Below, one piece after another: positions 1 to 8,875 of a DNA stretch of 64,000 nucleotides. The DNA is from Rickettsiales bacterium (GTDB lineage: Bacteria > Pseudomonadota > Alphaproteobacteria > Rickettsiales > UBA8987). The stretch is from assembly GCA_965222525.1 (NCBI GenBank), contig OZ244955.1, forward strand, positions 256,025 to 320,024, read 5' to 3'. The notes under the pieces were generated by a model. The model was not told the DNA's origin, did not search any database, and was given only the letters and a program-made list of their open reading frames with translations. Made by a program: the position numbers and the translations under genes. Position 1 is the stretch's first letter; every line of letters starts with the position of its first letter.

Positions 1-2708
1 AGCCACGTCCTGGTGAGCAGGCATTGATGTATTTCCATGACAAGGATTACAGCAAGGCATACGAGATTTACCTCAAGCAGTGGCAGGATGGCAACCGTTC
101 GGTTAACGTGGTGCGCAAGCTGACCGACCTTCATTTGCAATATGGCAACATCCATGAGGCAATTGTGGTAATGGAGGAGTATTCCAGGCTGAACCCCGAT
201 TCGCTTGAGGCCAGACAGCAGCTTGGTACATATTACACCTATGCCCAGCAGATAGATAATTACCTGGCCAATCTGGAGGAAACATACAAGCTCTCCCCTA
301 CTCCCAAAACCCTGCGAGAACTTTCAAAGCTGTATAATTATTACGGTGAGCACCGCAAGCAGATAAATGTACTGCAAAATCTGGTGGATAATTATGATGC
401 AACCGAGGAGGATTATATCGGCCTGGCCTATCTCTATGCTTATGTAAAGGAACCAGGCAACGCACTACATACGCTGAACCTGCTCTATGAGAAGTTTGAT
501 AATACAAACAGGAAATTGAAATCCGAATCGCTGGAGTTTTATGTCAGCCTTTTGCTGGATGAGGGACAGTCTGGCAAGGCACTGGAAATTTCCAGCACCT
601 ATGTAACCGATAAAAAGCCGCAGATTGCTTCTCACCTTGCTGCCCTGATGAATCGAAAGGGATATAATGAAGAAGCGCTGGAAGTACTTATCCCCTATAC
701 TGACAAGCTGGAAAAGCACCCTCATATATTATCGGTTCTGTCCAATATCGAAATTGAGCTTGGCTATGAAGACAGGGCATATGAACGGCTACTGGCAATA
801 TATGAAAAGGGCAGGATTCCTGATACGGTTCTGGAGACATTCGTATTCCTGGCGGTTACCAAACAGGATAATGCGATATTAACTGATGTAATCCGTACCA
901 CCGAGCTGGAGCTGCTTTCCGAGGATATATTGTTATCTTTCGCTGAACTTTCCTTATCACTTTCCAGGCCTGAAATTGCAAGACAGGTGCAGAATAAGCT
1001 TGGTGACGGCTTCCTGAATGCGAGTCCACTGGTAAAGGCCGCACTCGAACTGGCGGTTATGGATACGGAAGAACGCAGGAATTTCAGGGGATTTGAGAAT
1101 CTGTCCGATTCGATGTCGGGCAGCAGGATGATCAAGATTATACGGATTTGCAGGCGGGCTGGGCTGGATGAGGTTGCCGGCAGGATTATGGGAGGGTTCA
1201 GCAAGGTTGACCTTAACGATACCGAACTTTTCGACATATCCGAATTATATTTCGAGATGGACAGGATCGACGAAGGCTATGAGCTGTTTAATTCCTTGCG
1301 TGAGGGCGGCAAAATCCGCAGGCAGAAGGCACAGCTTGACCATATATGGGCGATGTTTGCAGTGGCGGCTGGTGGAAAGGATGAACAGGAGGCCGTAGAG
1401 TGGCTGGAGTCTAACAATAGTCTTACCAAGAAATTATTACAGGATATATATTTCACCGCACGGGATTACAAGCGTAATAAAACGGCGCTACTGACAGCCG
1501 AGAAGCTTTTTGCAATGAAGGGTGATGATGAATCACGGACTCATCTTGCCGGCGCATTAATGGTCAATGGCAGACTGGAAGAGGCTTTGGGATATTTCCG
1601 TAAATTGCTGGACAGCAATATAAATATACACTCGGACTATATTGAGACTCTGGCCAAACTGGCAAAAAAGCATAAAAAAGGCAAAAAGGTGGCGGCGTTA
1701 CGTAAAGAGCTGAAAAATTATATAGCAACATACCTGCAACCACATGGTGACATTACTGATAATCAGCAATCCGAAAATAAATCCGCGCATATAACCGGCA
1801 AGGAGAAAAGTGACCTGGCATTTTTCCTGTCCGAGGAAGGGTTCTCTCTGGAAGCCGAGATGATTTTCCTGTCACTTGTGAAACACAGCGAAAATCCGGC
1901 AGATTACCTGGAAGGTCTGGGCTATATCCTGAGCAAGTCGCTGTCGCAGGAATCGCTGGACTGGCTATGGCAAAAGGCACGCAACGGAAAGTCGGAGCAG
2001 AAGGCTGCGTGGCTGAAAGTACTGGTAGAAGCCGGTCAGCACGGGCAGGTAGTAAAATTCATCGAGGACAAAAACATGGCACTGACTTCCGATTCGGTAA
2101 GCGATGTATATTATGCGGCACTGGAGAGGTCTGATTCGGTAGAGGGCAGGAAAAAACTGGCCGCAACCCTTGAGCGTGATATCGAACAGGAAACCGATGT
2201 CAAACGGCTGAAAAAGCTGGCGAAAATAGCCCGTGGCACCGATTCATATAACGCAACCGAAAAGGCCTACCTGAAAATTGTAAAACTGGCTCCCGATACG
2301 GGCAATGATATGAAAAAGGAACTGGCGATTATAAGCTTTTTCAGGGGACAATATTCAAAGTCGGAGAGATATTTTAACGAGTATTTTGCCCGAAAAGACG
2401 GGGATTACAGGGCAAATTTCTATTACGGAGAAATTCTGCACAAAAACAAACGCAAACGTCTGGCAAGGAAGCATTATCACAAGGCCTTGTCTCAAATAAA
2501 TTCAGTTGAAAAAGCTGACATAGCTGCCCGCTCGATAGAGCCGCATATCCTGATACGTCTGGGCAACAAGCAGCAAGCACTGGAGAAATTCAACAAATTA
2601 TTCGACTCAAACCGCAATGACAAATATATACGGGCTGATTTCGCCAGCTTCCTCATCCAGCTCGGCCGCTACAAGGAAGCGGAGGATGTCCTGACGGTAG
2701 ATAAATAG
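1..2708 (+). CDS. TPR-repeat protein, probably 5'-partial
   Basis: ORF track gives 24..2708 (TTG at 24), but the frame is stop-free back to nt 3, so the gene may begin upstream of the window. TPR-like helical repeats run end to end (AYEIYLKQW, ARQQLGTYY, ATEKAYLKIVKL, ARKHYHKALSQ). No signal peptide, TM segment or beta-barrel tail is visible. Confidence 0.6.
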   Translation, partial: PRPGEQALMYFHDKDYSKAYEIYLKQWQDGNRSVNVVRKLTDLHLQYGNIHEAIVVMEEYSRLNPDSLEARQQLGTYYTYAQQIDNYLANLEETYKLSPTPKTLRELSKLYNYYGEHRKQINVLQNLVDNYDATEEDYIGLAYLYAYVKEPGNALHTLNLLYEKFDNTNRKLKSESLEFYVSLLLDEGQSGKALEISSTYVTDKKPQIASHLAALMNRKGYNEEALEVLIPYTDKLEKHPHILSVLSNIEIELGYEDRAYERLLAIYEKGRIPDTVLETFVFLAVTKQDNAILTDVIRTTELELLSEDILLSFAELSLSLSRPEIARQVQNKLGDGFLNASPLVKAALELAVMDTEERRNFRGFENLSDSMSGSRMIKIIRICRRAGLDEVAGRIMGGFSKVDLNDTELFDISELYFEMDRIDEGYELFNSLREGGKIRRQKAQLDHIWAMFAVAAGGKDEQEAVEWLESNNSLTKKLLQDIYFTARDYKRNKTALLTAEKLFAMKGDDESRTHLAGALMVNGRLEEALGYFRKLLDSNINIHSDYIETLAKLAKKHKKGKKVAALRKELKNYIATYLQPHGDITDNQQSENKSAHITGKEKSDLAFFLSEEGFSLEAEMIFLSLVKHSENPADYLEGLGYILSKSLSQESLDWLWQKARNGKSEQKAAWLKVLVEAGQHGQVVKFIEDKNMALTSDSVSDVYYAALERSDSVEGRKKLAATLERDIEQETDVKRLKKLAKIARGTDSYNATEKAYLKIVKLAPDTGNDMKKELAIISFFRGQYSKSERYFNEYFARKDGDYRANFYYGEILHKNKRKRLARKHYHKALSQINSVEKADIAARSIEPHILIRLGNKQQALEKFNKLFDSNRNDKYIRADFASFLIQLGRYKEAEDVLTVDK

Positions 2709-2764
2709 TATATTTTTACCATATAAATGGTATAATTACTATTTACTTTTTATATTTTTCTGAT

Positions 2765-3049
2765 ATGATAGACGTTATAGACTTTGAATATGATTCCAGG
2801 AAGAGTGCATCTAACCTCGTAAAACATGGTATAAGCTTTGAGGATGCCATCAATCTTTGGCATGATCAAGGTCTACTTGAAATTCCTGCAAGAAATACGG
2901 ATGAACCACGTTTTCTTGTCATAGGAATGATAAACAACAGGCACTGGTCTGCTATCACAACTTACAGAGGAAAAAAGATACGCATTATTTCTGTAAGGCG
3001 TTCAAGAAAATCGGAGGTAGAATTATATGAAAGCGAGCGATTTAGATGA
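2765..3049 (+). CDS. brnT: BrnT-family (DUF497) ribonuclease toxin
   Basis: 94 aa. FEYDSRKSASNLVKHGISFEDA ... RIISVRRSRKSE matches the BrnT pattern. It overlaps the downstream antitoxin ORF by 23 nt. Confidence 0.8.
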   Translation: MIDVIDFEYDSRKSASNLVKHGISFEDAINLWHDQGLLEIPARNTDEPRFLVIGMINNRHWSAITTYRGKKIRIISVRRSRKSEVELYESERFR

Positions 3050-3257
3050 GAAATTTGATAATGGCAAGGAAGTTCTGGACGAGTTTGACCTGGACAAGGC
3101 CAGAAGGCCTAATCTCGAACAAAAACGGGTAAATGTTGACTTTCCCTCATGGATGGTTCAATCCCTTGACAGGGAGTCCCGCAGACTCGGTATCACACGC
3201 CAGTCCCTCATAAAAATGTGGGTCGCCGACAGGCTGGAAACCAGTAGCCATACATAA
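3027..3257 (+). CDS. brnA: BrnA-family antitoxin (RHH/CopG-like)
   Basis: 76 aa. The DFPSWMVQSLDRESRRLGITRQSLIKMWVADRL ribbon-helix-helix-like C-terminus is typical of BrnA. It is translationally overlapped with brnT. Confidence 0.7.
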   Translation: MKASDLDEKFDNGKEVLDEFDLDKARRPNLEQKRVNVDFPSWMVQSLDRESRRLGITRQSLIKMWVADRLETSSHT

Positions 3258-3346
3258 GATACTCCCCCTCCTTCATTGCTTTCTCCTAATATAACGTCTA
3301 TAGAATGCTTTAGGTTGTGTCTGTTGTAGATACAAAAGGAGCATAG

Positions 3347-4714
3347 ATGGCAGAGCACAGGGGGAAATTGCGTATAATACGCAGTTCGGCGGTCTTTGAG
3401 ATGCTGGTATTTTTTATACCAGTGGTGACGCTGAATATTGTATTCGGTGACGGCCAGCGCTTTATCAACCTTTCACCCCACCCTTTCTGGATAATCATCC
3501 TTCTTATAACTGTACAATATGGCACTCGTGAGGGGGTTATGTGCGCTATTGTCAGCAGTATAGTTCTACTTGCTGGCAACATCCCGAAGCAGGGGTTTAA
3601 TCAGGACTTCTACGAATATCTGCTGCTTATACTTTACCGTCCGATAATATGGCTCACCACTGCAGTTATCCTTGGCCAACTCAGAGTACGCCAGATTGAA
3701 AACCGCAAAGAGATACAGCACAATCTCGACGAGGCGTTGGAGCGGGAAAAGGTCGTAACCGAGGCATATAGCAAACTTAAAGATGTAAAGGAAACCCTGG
3801 AGGTACGGCTCGCCAGCCAGGTAAAAAGTACATCCGCCGCTTACGGTGCGCTGAAGGCGGTGGATACGCTTGATCAGAAAAGCATCCTGGCAGGTGTCGA
3901 GGATATGATAAAGGTAGTGATGAATCCTGACAAATTCTCAGTATATGCCCTCGACAAAAACGGATTTGAGCCAACCGCTTTAATGGGCTGGAGCAAGAAT
4001 GAACCTTATCAGCGTTATTTCGACAACCAGTCACCGCTTTACCAGGCTATAATCGGCCGCCAGCGGATTCTTTGTGTTATCAATGAGGAAGATGCAATGA
4101 TTCTTGGTGATGAAGGGATTATGGCCGCTCCGCTGGTGGATGAATCAAGCGGCGAGGTTTTCGGAATGCTGAAAATCGAGGAGCTGAATTTTACCGAAAT
4201 TACTCTAAGTAATGTTGAAACTTTCAAGGTGATAGCCGAGATTGTCGGTATGGCATACGCCAATGCAGCAAAATTCCGGGCAGCACAGGAAAACAGCCTG
4301 ATAAATTTTGATACAGAGCTGCCTTCACATAAGCTGTTCCGCCGTCAGTGTGACCTTGTGCTCAAGCTCAAGCAGAAAAGCAATCTGAAAGCCAGCATTA
4401 TTGAGGCAAAATTGCTTAATACCACTGATTTTTCCAGGGAAGAACGTTATAGCCTGGCAATGGAATTTGCTAATGTGGCAAAAACCATTATACCCGACGG
4501 TGATTTTTATAGCGGCCGGCGCAGTGGGATGGAATTACTGATATTACTGCCTAATATATCATCAGCAGAAGCCAAAAAACACGCTTCATCCCTACACCGT
4601 ACAATAAAGGATATAGAATCAGGAGAACTCGCCCGTGCCAAATTCTCTTTTGGCACCAACAAAATAGAAGGAGGAAGCAGTAGTAACAGGCGTAGGAGTG
4701 ATAACAACCAATGA
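3347..4714 (+). CDS. Inner-membrane GAF + degenerate-GGDEF protein (PelD-like architecture, putative c-di-GMP receptor)
   Basis: 455 aa. Four N-terminal hydrophobic helices are followed by a coiled-coil linker (EIQHNLDEALEREKVVTEAYSKLKDVKETLEVRL). The middle is GAF-like (FSVYALDKNG...APLVDESSGEVFGMLKIEE). The C-terminal GGDEF fold has its signature degraded to RRSGMELLILLP. AAGGAG RBS; ATGA overlap with the next gene. Confidence 0.55.
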   Translation: MAEHRGKLRIIRSSAVFEMLVFFIPVVTLNIVFGDGQRFINLSPHPFWIIILLITVQYGTREGVMCAIVSSIVLLAGNIPKQGFNQDFYEYLLLILYRPIIWLTTAVILGQLRVRQIENRKEIQHNLDEALEREKVVTEAYSKLKDVKETLEVRLASQVKSTSAAYGALKAVDTLDQKSILAGVEDMIKVVMNPDKFSVYALDKNGFEPTALMGWSKNEPYQRYFDNQSPLYQAIIGRQRILCVINEEDAMILGDEGIMAAPLVDESSGEVFGMLKIEELNFTEITLSNVETFKVIAEIVGMAYANAAKFRAAQENSLINFDTELPSHKLFRRQCDLVLKLKQKSNLKASIIEAKLLNTTDFSREERYSLAMEFANVAKTIIPDGDFYSGRRSGMELLILLPNISSAEAKKHASSLHRTIKDIESGELARAKFSFGTNKIEGGSSSNRRRSDNNQ

Positions 4715-5823
4715 ATCAAAACGCCACATCATATATCCCCAAAAGCTCAATGCTGTTTGTGACTGCGCTGATGGCGGCAGTTATAGCGATGCTGGAGGGG
4801 GATATTATCTACCGCCTTTATGTAGACCGTATGCGGCTTTCAACCGCTATCATCACCCACATTGCAATATTTATAGTTTTGGGGTGGTGGGTATATTTCA
4901 ACTATATCAAACAGGAAGATTTGCGCATCCCGCTGTTGTTATGGCTTTCGGTAACCGGAAGCGGTGTATTCGGTGCGCTAACCTGCCTGGTCACTATAAC
5001 CCTCTATTACCTATACATAAAAACTGCCAGCTCTTTTGCAGAATGGCTGGCTTCGATATTCCCCGAGCGCAAGGAAGCGCATAGCGATGTTTATGAAAGG
5101 CTGAAATTCGGCTGGGATGATTTCAGTGAAAAAAGGGGCGTAATACCATTCAGGGACATAATAGCGCTTGGGACTACCAACCAGAAAAGGATGGCGCTGG
5201 TCAAGATGTCCCGCCACTTCAAACCTTCCTTCGCCCCTGCATTGCTGGCGGCGGTTAATGATGAAAGCAACCCGATAAGGGTGCAGGCAGCTACGATTAT
5301 TTCCAAACTGGAAAATGAGTTTTTCCATGTAATCATGGAAATGGAAGAAGAGCTTGAGAAAAACCCTGAAGATGGCAACCTGTTGCGCAAGATAGCTGAC
5401 AGATGCGATGCCTACGCCTATTCCGGGCTGCTCGACAGGGAGCAGCAGGACAGGCTACGTATCAAGGCTATCGTACATTATAAGGGATATTTGGAAATCA
5501 CTCCCGATGACGCCGATGCAATATTTGCCCTGGGGCGGCTATATCTGCGCTGTCATAAGCCGCAGGAAGCCTATTCCGTATTCAGAAAAACCATTAAGCT
5601 CAAGGGGGAAGTAACCGCAAATATCGTGCCGTGGTATATGGAAGCACTGTTTAATATAGGCAGGATCACAGAATTGAAGGAGTTCGCATATAACAACCTT
5701 GATAAAATCGACAAGGATAATCGCCACCTGCTCCATATATATGAAATGGCAAAATTATGGGCACTGGGAATAGACGAGGAGCAATTACTGGTTATTCACA
5801 AGAAAAGTACGGGAAGCGGGTAG
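4711..5823 (+). CDS. Membrane protein with HEAT-like and TPR-like cytoplasmic repeats (PelE-like architecture)
   Basis: 370 aa. About four N-terminal TM helices, then a HEAT-like segment (ALLAAVNDESNPIRVQAATIISKL) and TPR-like segments (ALGRLYLRCHKPQEAYSVFRKTIKL). Start codon overlaps the upstream stop (ATGA). Confidence 0.45.
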   Translation: MNQNATSYIPKSSMLFVTALMAAVIAMLEGDIIYRLYVDRMRLSTAIITHIAIFIVLGWWVYFNYIKQEDLRIPLLLWLSVTGSGVFGALTCLVTITLYYLYIKTASSFAEWLASIFPERKEAHSDVYERLKFGWDDFSEKRGVIPFRDIIALGTTNQKRMALVKMSRHFKPSFAPALLAAVNDESNPIRVQAATIISKLENEFFHVIMEMEEELEKNPEDGNLLRKIADRCDAYAYSGLLDREQQDRLRIKAIVHYKGYLEITPDDADAIFALGRLYLRCHKPQEAYSVFRKTIKLKGEVTANIVPWYMEALFNIGRITELKEFAYNNLDKIDKDNRHLLHIYEMAKLWALGIDEEQLLVIHKKSTGSG

Positions 5824-5918
5824 AAAACTGTATCACTTTTGCCGCAGGAAGTAAAAAACCGTACATATTCACCCTAAAAACTATGCAAATCTGGCGGGTT
5901 ATAGTGTAGCCTTACCGT

Positions 5919-6632
5919 ATGTTTTATCAGAGAAGTGGCTTTACCGTACTGGAACTTTCGGTAGTGCTGGTCATCATTGGCTTGCTTATTGCGGGGGTGC
6001 TGGTCGGGCAGGATATGTTACGTCAGTCACGGATACAGTCGGTGGTGGTGGATATAAAAAATTTCCGCTCGGCAATCAGCCTGTTCCAGGAGCAGTACAA
6101 TGACCTGCCTGGTGATATTACTGACGCTTTTGATTACTGGGATACGGACTGCGCAGCTACCGCTGCAGCATGTAATGGTGATGGTGATGGTGCTATAGAG
6201 GAAGATGATGACGCAGCGGATACAAAGGAGGCTCTAAAACTATGGCAACAGCTTGTTCTAGCCAAGCAAATGCCCGGTAACTATACGGGAGTAGATGCCG
6301 GAGTACCTGATGTGCAAATTGAAGTTAATGCGCCTCCTTCAAAGATTCCTGAAGGTGGGTATTTGCCAGTAAATGCCACAGTATATACCGAAACCGACAA
6401 TTTTATTGCCTTTGGCTCGGAGAGGAACGATGCAGTTGAAGGTGAAGTGGTTAATGCCCTGGAGGCATGGCAGATTGACAACAAGATGGATGACGGCAAG
6501 GCGGCGGAAGGTGGCGTGCTGACGCTTGACGGTAGCGGAGAAACCGGCTGTATAGATACATTACCAAACCCTGATATATACGATCAGGATAATGAAGATA
6601 TAAAATGCCGGATGTTTTTTAAGATTTATTAA
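5919..6632 (+). CDS. Prepilin-type N-terminal cleavage/methylation domain protein (type IV pilin / pseudopilin-like), paralog A
   Basis: 237 aa. MFYQRSG/FTVLELSVVLVIIGLLIAGV has Gly at -1, Phe at +1 and Glu at +5. An acidic GDGDG segment and two Cys pairs are present. Confidence 0.75.
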   Translation: MFYQRSGFTVLELSVVLVIIGLLIAGVLVGQDMLRQSRIQSVVVDIKNFRSAISLFQEQYNDLPGDITDAFDYWDTDCAATAAACNGDGDGAIEEDDDAADTKEALKLWQQLVLAKQMPGNYTGVDAGVPDVQIEVNAPPSKIPEGGYLPVNATVYTETDNFIAFGSERNDAVEGEVVNALEAWQIDNKMDDGKAAEGGVLTLDGSGETGCIDTLPNPDIYDQDNEDIKCRMFFKIY

Positions 6633-6633
6633 A

Positions 6634-6729
6634 CCTCCCCCGCTTGCGGGGAAGGCAGGAAATTCGAGGAAACCATATCCTCCGTAGCTTTAGCGTAGGA
6701 GGATTGCTTCCCGAATTTCTGGTGGGGGA
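6634..6729. repeat. Palindromic repeat family C, full copy
   Basis: CCTCCCCCGCTTGCGGGG...GAAATTCGAGGAA...central hairpin...TTCCCGAATTTCTGGTGGGGGA. The same about 96-bp unit recurs at 9457-9552, and a deleted inverted form at 9635-9701. Confidence 0.85.
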
Positions 6730-6740
6730 ATCCACACTTC

Positions 6741-7154
6741 ATGACTGACGAAGAAAATACGGAGCAGACTGACATAGCGGAAAACACCGGGGATAACGCT
6801 GATAAAGCGCAGGGTGGTAATGCGGAAGAGGCAGTAGGATCCGCCGAAGCGCCCTCATCCGACAGTATATCGTCCGGTAGCGATGCTGTTGCTCCAACTC
6901 CTTCCCGTGACGATATGAATGCTTTCGGAGATGTTATGGTTGAGTTGTCGGCAGTTATGGGGCGAATCACCATGTCGGTAGAGCAGTTTTTAAAACTGGG
7001 GCGGGGCGCAATAATTGAGCTGTCGAAACACAAGGATGACGATATTGACATATACGCTAATAATTATCATATAGCGCAGGCGGAGATTGTAGTTGAAAGT
7101 GAGAATGTGGGTATTTCAATCACCAAATTACTCAAACAACCAAAGACGGTATAA
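6741..7154 (+). CDS. fliN: Flagellar motor switch protein FliN (SpoA domain)
   Basis: 137 aa. Acidic disordered N-terminus, then VMVELSAVMGRITMSVEQFLKLGRGAIIELSKHKDDDIDIYANNYHIAQAEIVVESENVGISITKLL. This aligns to the FliN/YscQ C-terminal SpoA domain as I recall E. coli FliN. Confidence 0.75.
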   Translation: MTDEENTEQTDIAENTGDNADKAQGGNAEEAVGSAEAPSSDSISSGSDAVAPTPSRDDMNAFGDVMVELSAVMGRITMSVEQFLKLGRGAIIELSKHKDDDIDIYANNYHIAQAEIVVESENVGISITKLLKQPKTV

Positions 7155-7156
7155 AA

Positions 7157-7870
7157 ATGCGGAAAAATAATAGTGGATTCAGTCTTGTTGAACTATCGAT
7201 TGTAGTAGTAATTATTGGCGTTATCATCGGAGCAATAACCTATATACAATCCATCCGTGAAAAGGCGGAGTCACGGGCAATTATCGCCGAAATGGGTGAA
7301 TATAAAAATGCCATCAGTGCGTTCCGTGATAAATATAAATACCGTCCGGGCGACCATCCCGATGCCGGTCGTTACTTCACTTCCGATGATAATGCTGACA
7401 CTGACGGTGATGGTGACGGGCGCTGGGATACAGCAACCGAGCGTGATGTTATGTGGCCGCAACTATATCAGGCCGGTTTTATCAGTCAGAAATTATCAGG
7501 AACAGGAGCAGCTTCCGAACCCGGGGTAAACCGACCTGAATCGAGGGTAGGTGGCGGCTGGACCATTATAGACACACTTGATATAGACCCGCCCGGTGCT
7601 GTTACTTCTATTAAATATCATTTTGTTCTGCGCTATGGCCAGCCTGACGGTACCGAGGATTTGGGCAATCCATCATTAAATATAGAAAAACACCGGTATA
7701 TAGACGCTAAAATAGACGCACCCGATACCCCGCTTTCCGGTTTTTATGTTGTAGGTGAGCCTGCCTGCGTTAGTGAAAGCGGTGGGGTTTATTCATATCA
7801 ACTGGACGAGGAACTGCTTTGCACCGCCAATATGCCGGAAATCAGCGCCGGCGGTACATATAGCCCCTAA
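7157..7870 (+). CDS. Prepilin-type N-terminal cleavage/methylation domain protein, paralog B
   Basis: 237 aa. MRKNNSG/FSLVELSIVVVIIGVIIGAI. It shares PGD, DGDGDG and W.QL motifs with paralog A. It starts 2 nt after the fliN stop. Confidence 0.75.
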   Translation: MRKNNSGFSLVELSIVVVIIGVIIGAITYIQSIREKAESRAIIAEMGEYKNAISAFRDKYKYRPGDHPDAGRYFTSDDNADTDGDGDGRWDTATERDVMWPQLYQAGFISQKLSGTGAASEPGVNRPESRVGGGWTIIDTLDIDPPGAVTSIKYHFVLRYGQPDGTEDLGNPSLNIEKHRYIDAKIDAPDTPLSGFYVVGEPACVSESGGVYSYQLDEELLCTANMPEISAGGTYSP

Positions 7871-8460
7871 TTGCACACTAATACTCCCTTATCGGTCACC
7901 ACGCAATCCAGTTTTATATCGTGCGGCTCACTGGGTATTCGGTCGATCTGCTGGAAATCATATCCGACACCGACTGCGATAACCTCGCTTATTTCCTGTA
8001 ATTGCCTCAGGGTGCGGTCGTAATACCCGCTGCCGAAGCCGATGCGATGACCGCTCTTATCAAATGCAAGCAGGGGAACTATAACAACATCAGGCTGCAA
8101 CAAAGCCGCTAAATCGGCAGGCTCCATTACACCAAATGAATGTTTATATAATTTATCTCCACGCTTATACCGCCTGAACGACAAATCCTTATCATGTTGC
8201 TGGATTCTCGGCAGGCATAAGCTGTGCCCGTTTTCCTCCAGAATCTCCAGCACCAATGTTATATCAATTTCATCCTTAAGCGGCCAGTATCCGGCAATTA
8301 TATCGCTCTGTTTAAGCGGGATATTAGCGATAAAATTCTGTGTAACCGCCCGGGCCGCCTCCTTGCGCATCCTATCAGAAACCGCCGCACGCAACTGCTT
8401 CATCTCCTTGCGTATTGAATCTTTCAGGGATTGTGTATTATTTTCTACGGGATGTGACAC
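7867..8460 (-). CDS. ygfA: 5-formyltetrahydrofolate cyclo-ligase
   Basis: 197 aa. The C-terminal RIGFGSGYYDRTL motif and overall size fit the MTHFS family. Confidence 0.8.
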   Translation of the reverse strand: MSHPVENNTQSLKDSIRKEMKQLRAAVSDRMRKEAARAVTQNFIANIPLKQSDIIAGYWPLKDEIDITLVLEILEENGHSLCLPRIQQHDKDLSFRRYKRGDKLYKHSFGVMEPADLAALLQPDVVIVPLLAFDKSGHRIGFGSGYYDRTLRQLQEISEVIAVGVGYDFQQIDRIPSEPHDIKLDCVVTDKGVLVCN

Positions 8461-8481
8461 ATAGACACAGAAAAGTCATAA

Positions 8482-8686
8482 GGAGGGATGAGACCGCCCG
8501 ACCGTCGACTCTGTAATTCCTCGCGAGACCTGTATGTACAGGTGGGCGCCATATCACAAAAGCCATAGTCCAGGATTTACAAAATGTTACCTGAGCTAAC
8601 GCTACTTTTGTCAGGGACAGCTCCCTTCGAGAAAACGTTGCCTCCGGGAAAAAGCTATCTAACGTACCAGGCAGCTTCCTCACCCC
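8482..8686 (-). ncRNA. ssrS: Candidate 6S RNA
   Basis: Non-coding stretch immediately upstream of ygfA on the same strand, the conserved ssrS-ygfA arrangement. The 5' GGGGUGAG..GCUGCC pairs with the 3' GGCGGUCUCAUCCC as a closing stem. An internal ACAAAAG/CUUUUGU helix gives a long irregular hairpin. Ends are approximate. Confidence 0.45.
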
Positions 8687-8794
8687 GATAAGAACATAGT
8701 AGCGCAATTTTAGAAGTGCTGCAACGATTTTACTTGCAAAAATCCAATTAAATTTTCTTGCAAAAAATATTTTTTCATATGAGTATGTTGCGTC

Positions 8795-8823
8795 TGTCAT
8801 CCTGAACCTGTTTCGGGATGATA
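8795..8823. repeat. Family A solo hairpin (TIR-only copy)
   Basis: TGTCATCCTGAACCTGTTTCGGGATGATA is the family A terminal sequence folded on itself. Confidence 0.7.
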
Positions 8824-8875
8824 AAAAGGAAAAACCATAGCGAATTACCTACATAAGGATGACCTGCCGGATAAT

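Noticed and set aside
1-2708. Calling the TPR protein PelB
   Set aside because: PelB ends in a beta-barrel porin domain. This protein is TPR-like through to its stop codon and shows no signal peptide in the visible part.
6629-7051. 140-aa minus-strand ORF
   Set aside because: It is antisense to fliN, and its C-terminal part is encoded by the family C repeat.
8438-8800. 120-aa minus-strand ORF upstream of ygfA
   Set aside because: It overlaps the ygfA start and the region that folds like 6S RNA. It has an odd composition and no RBS.
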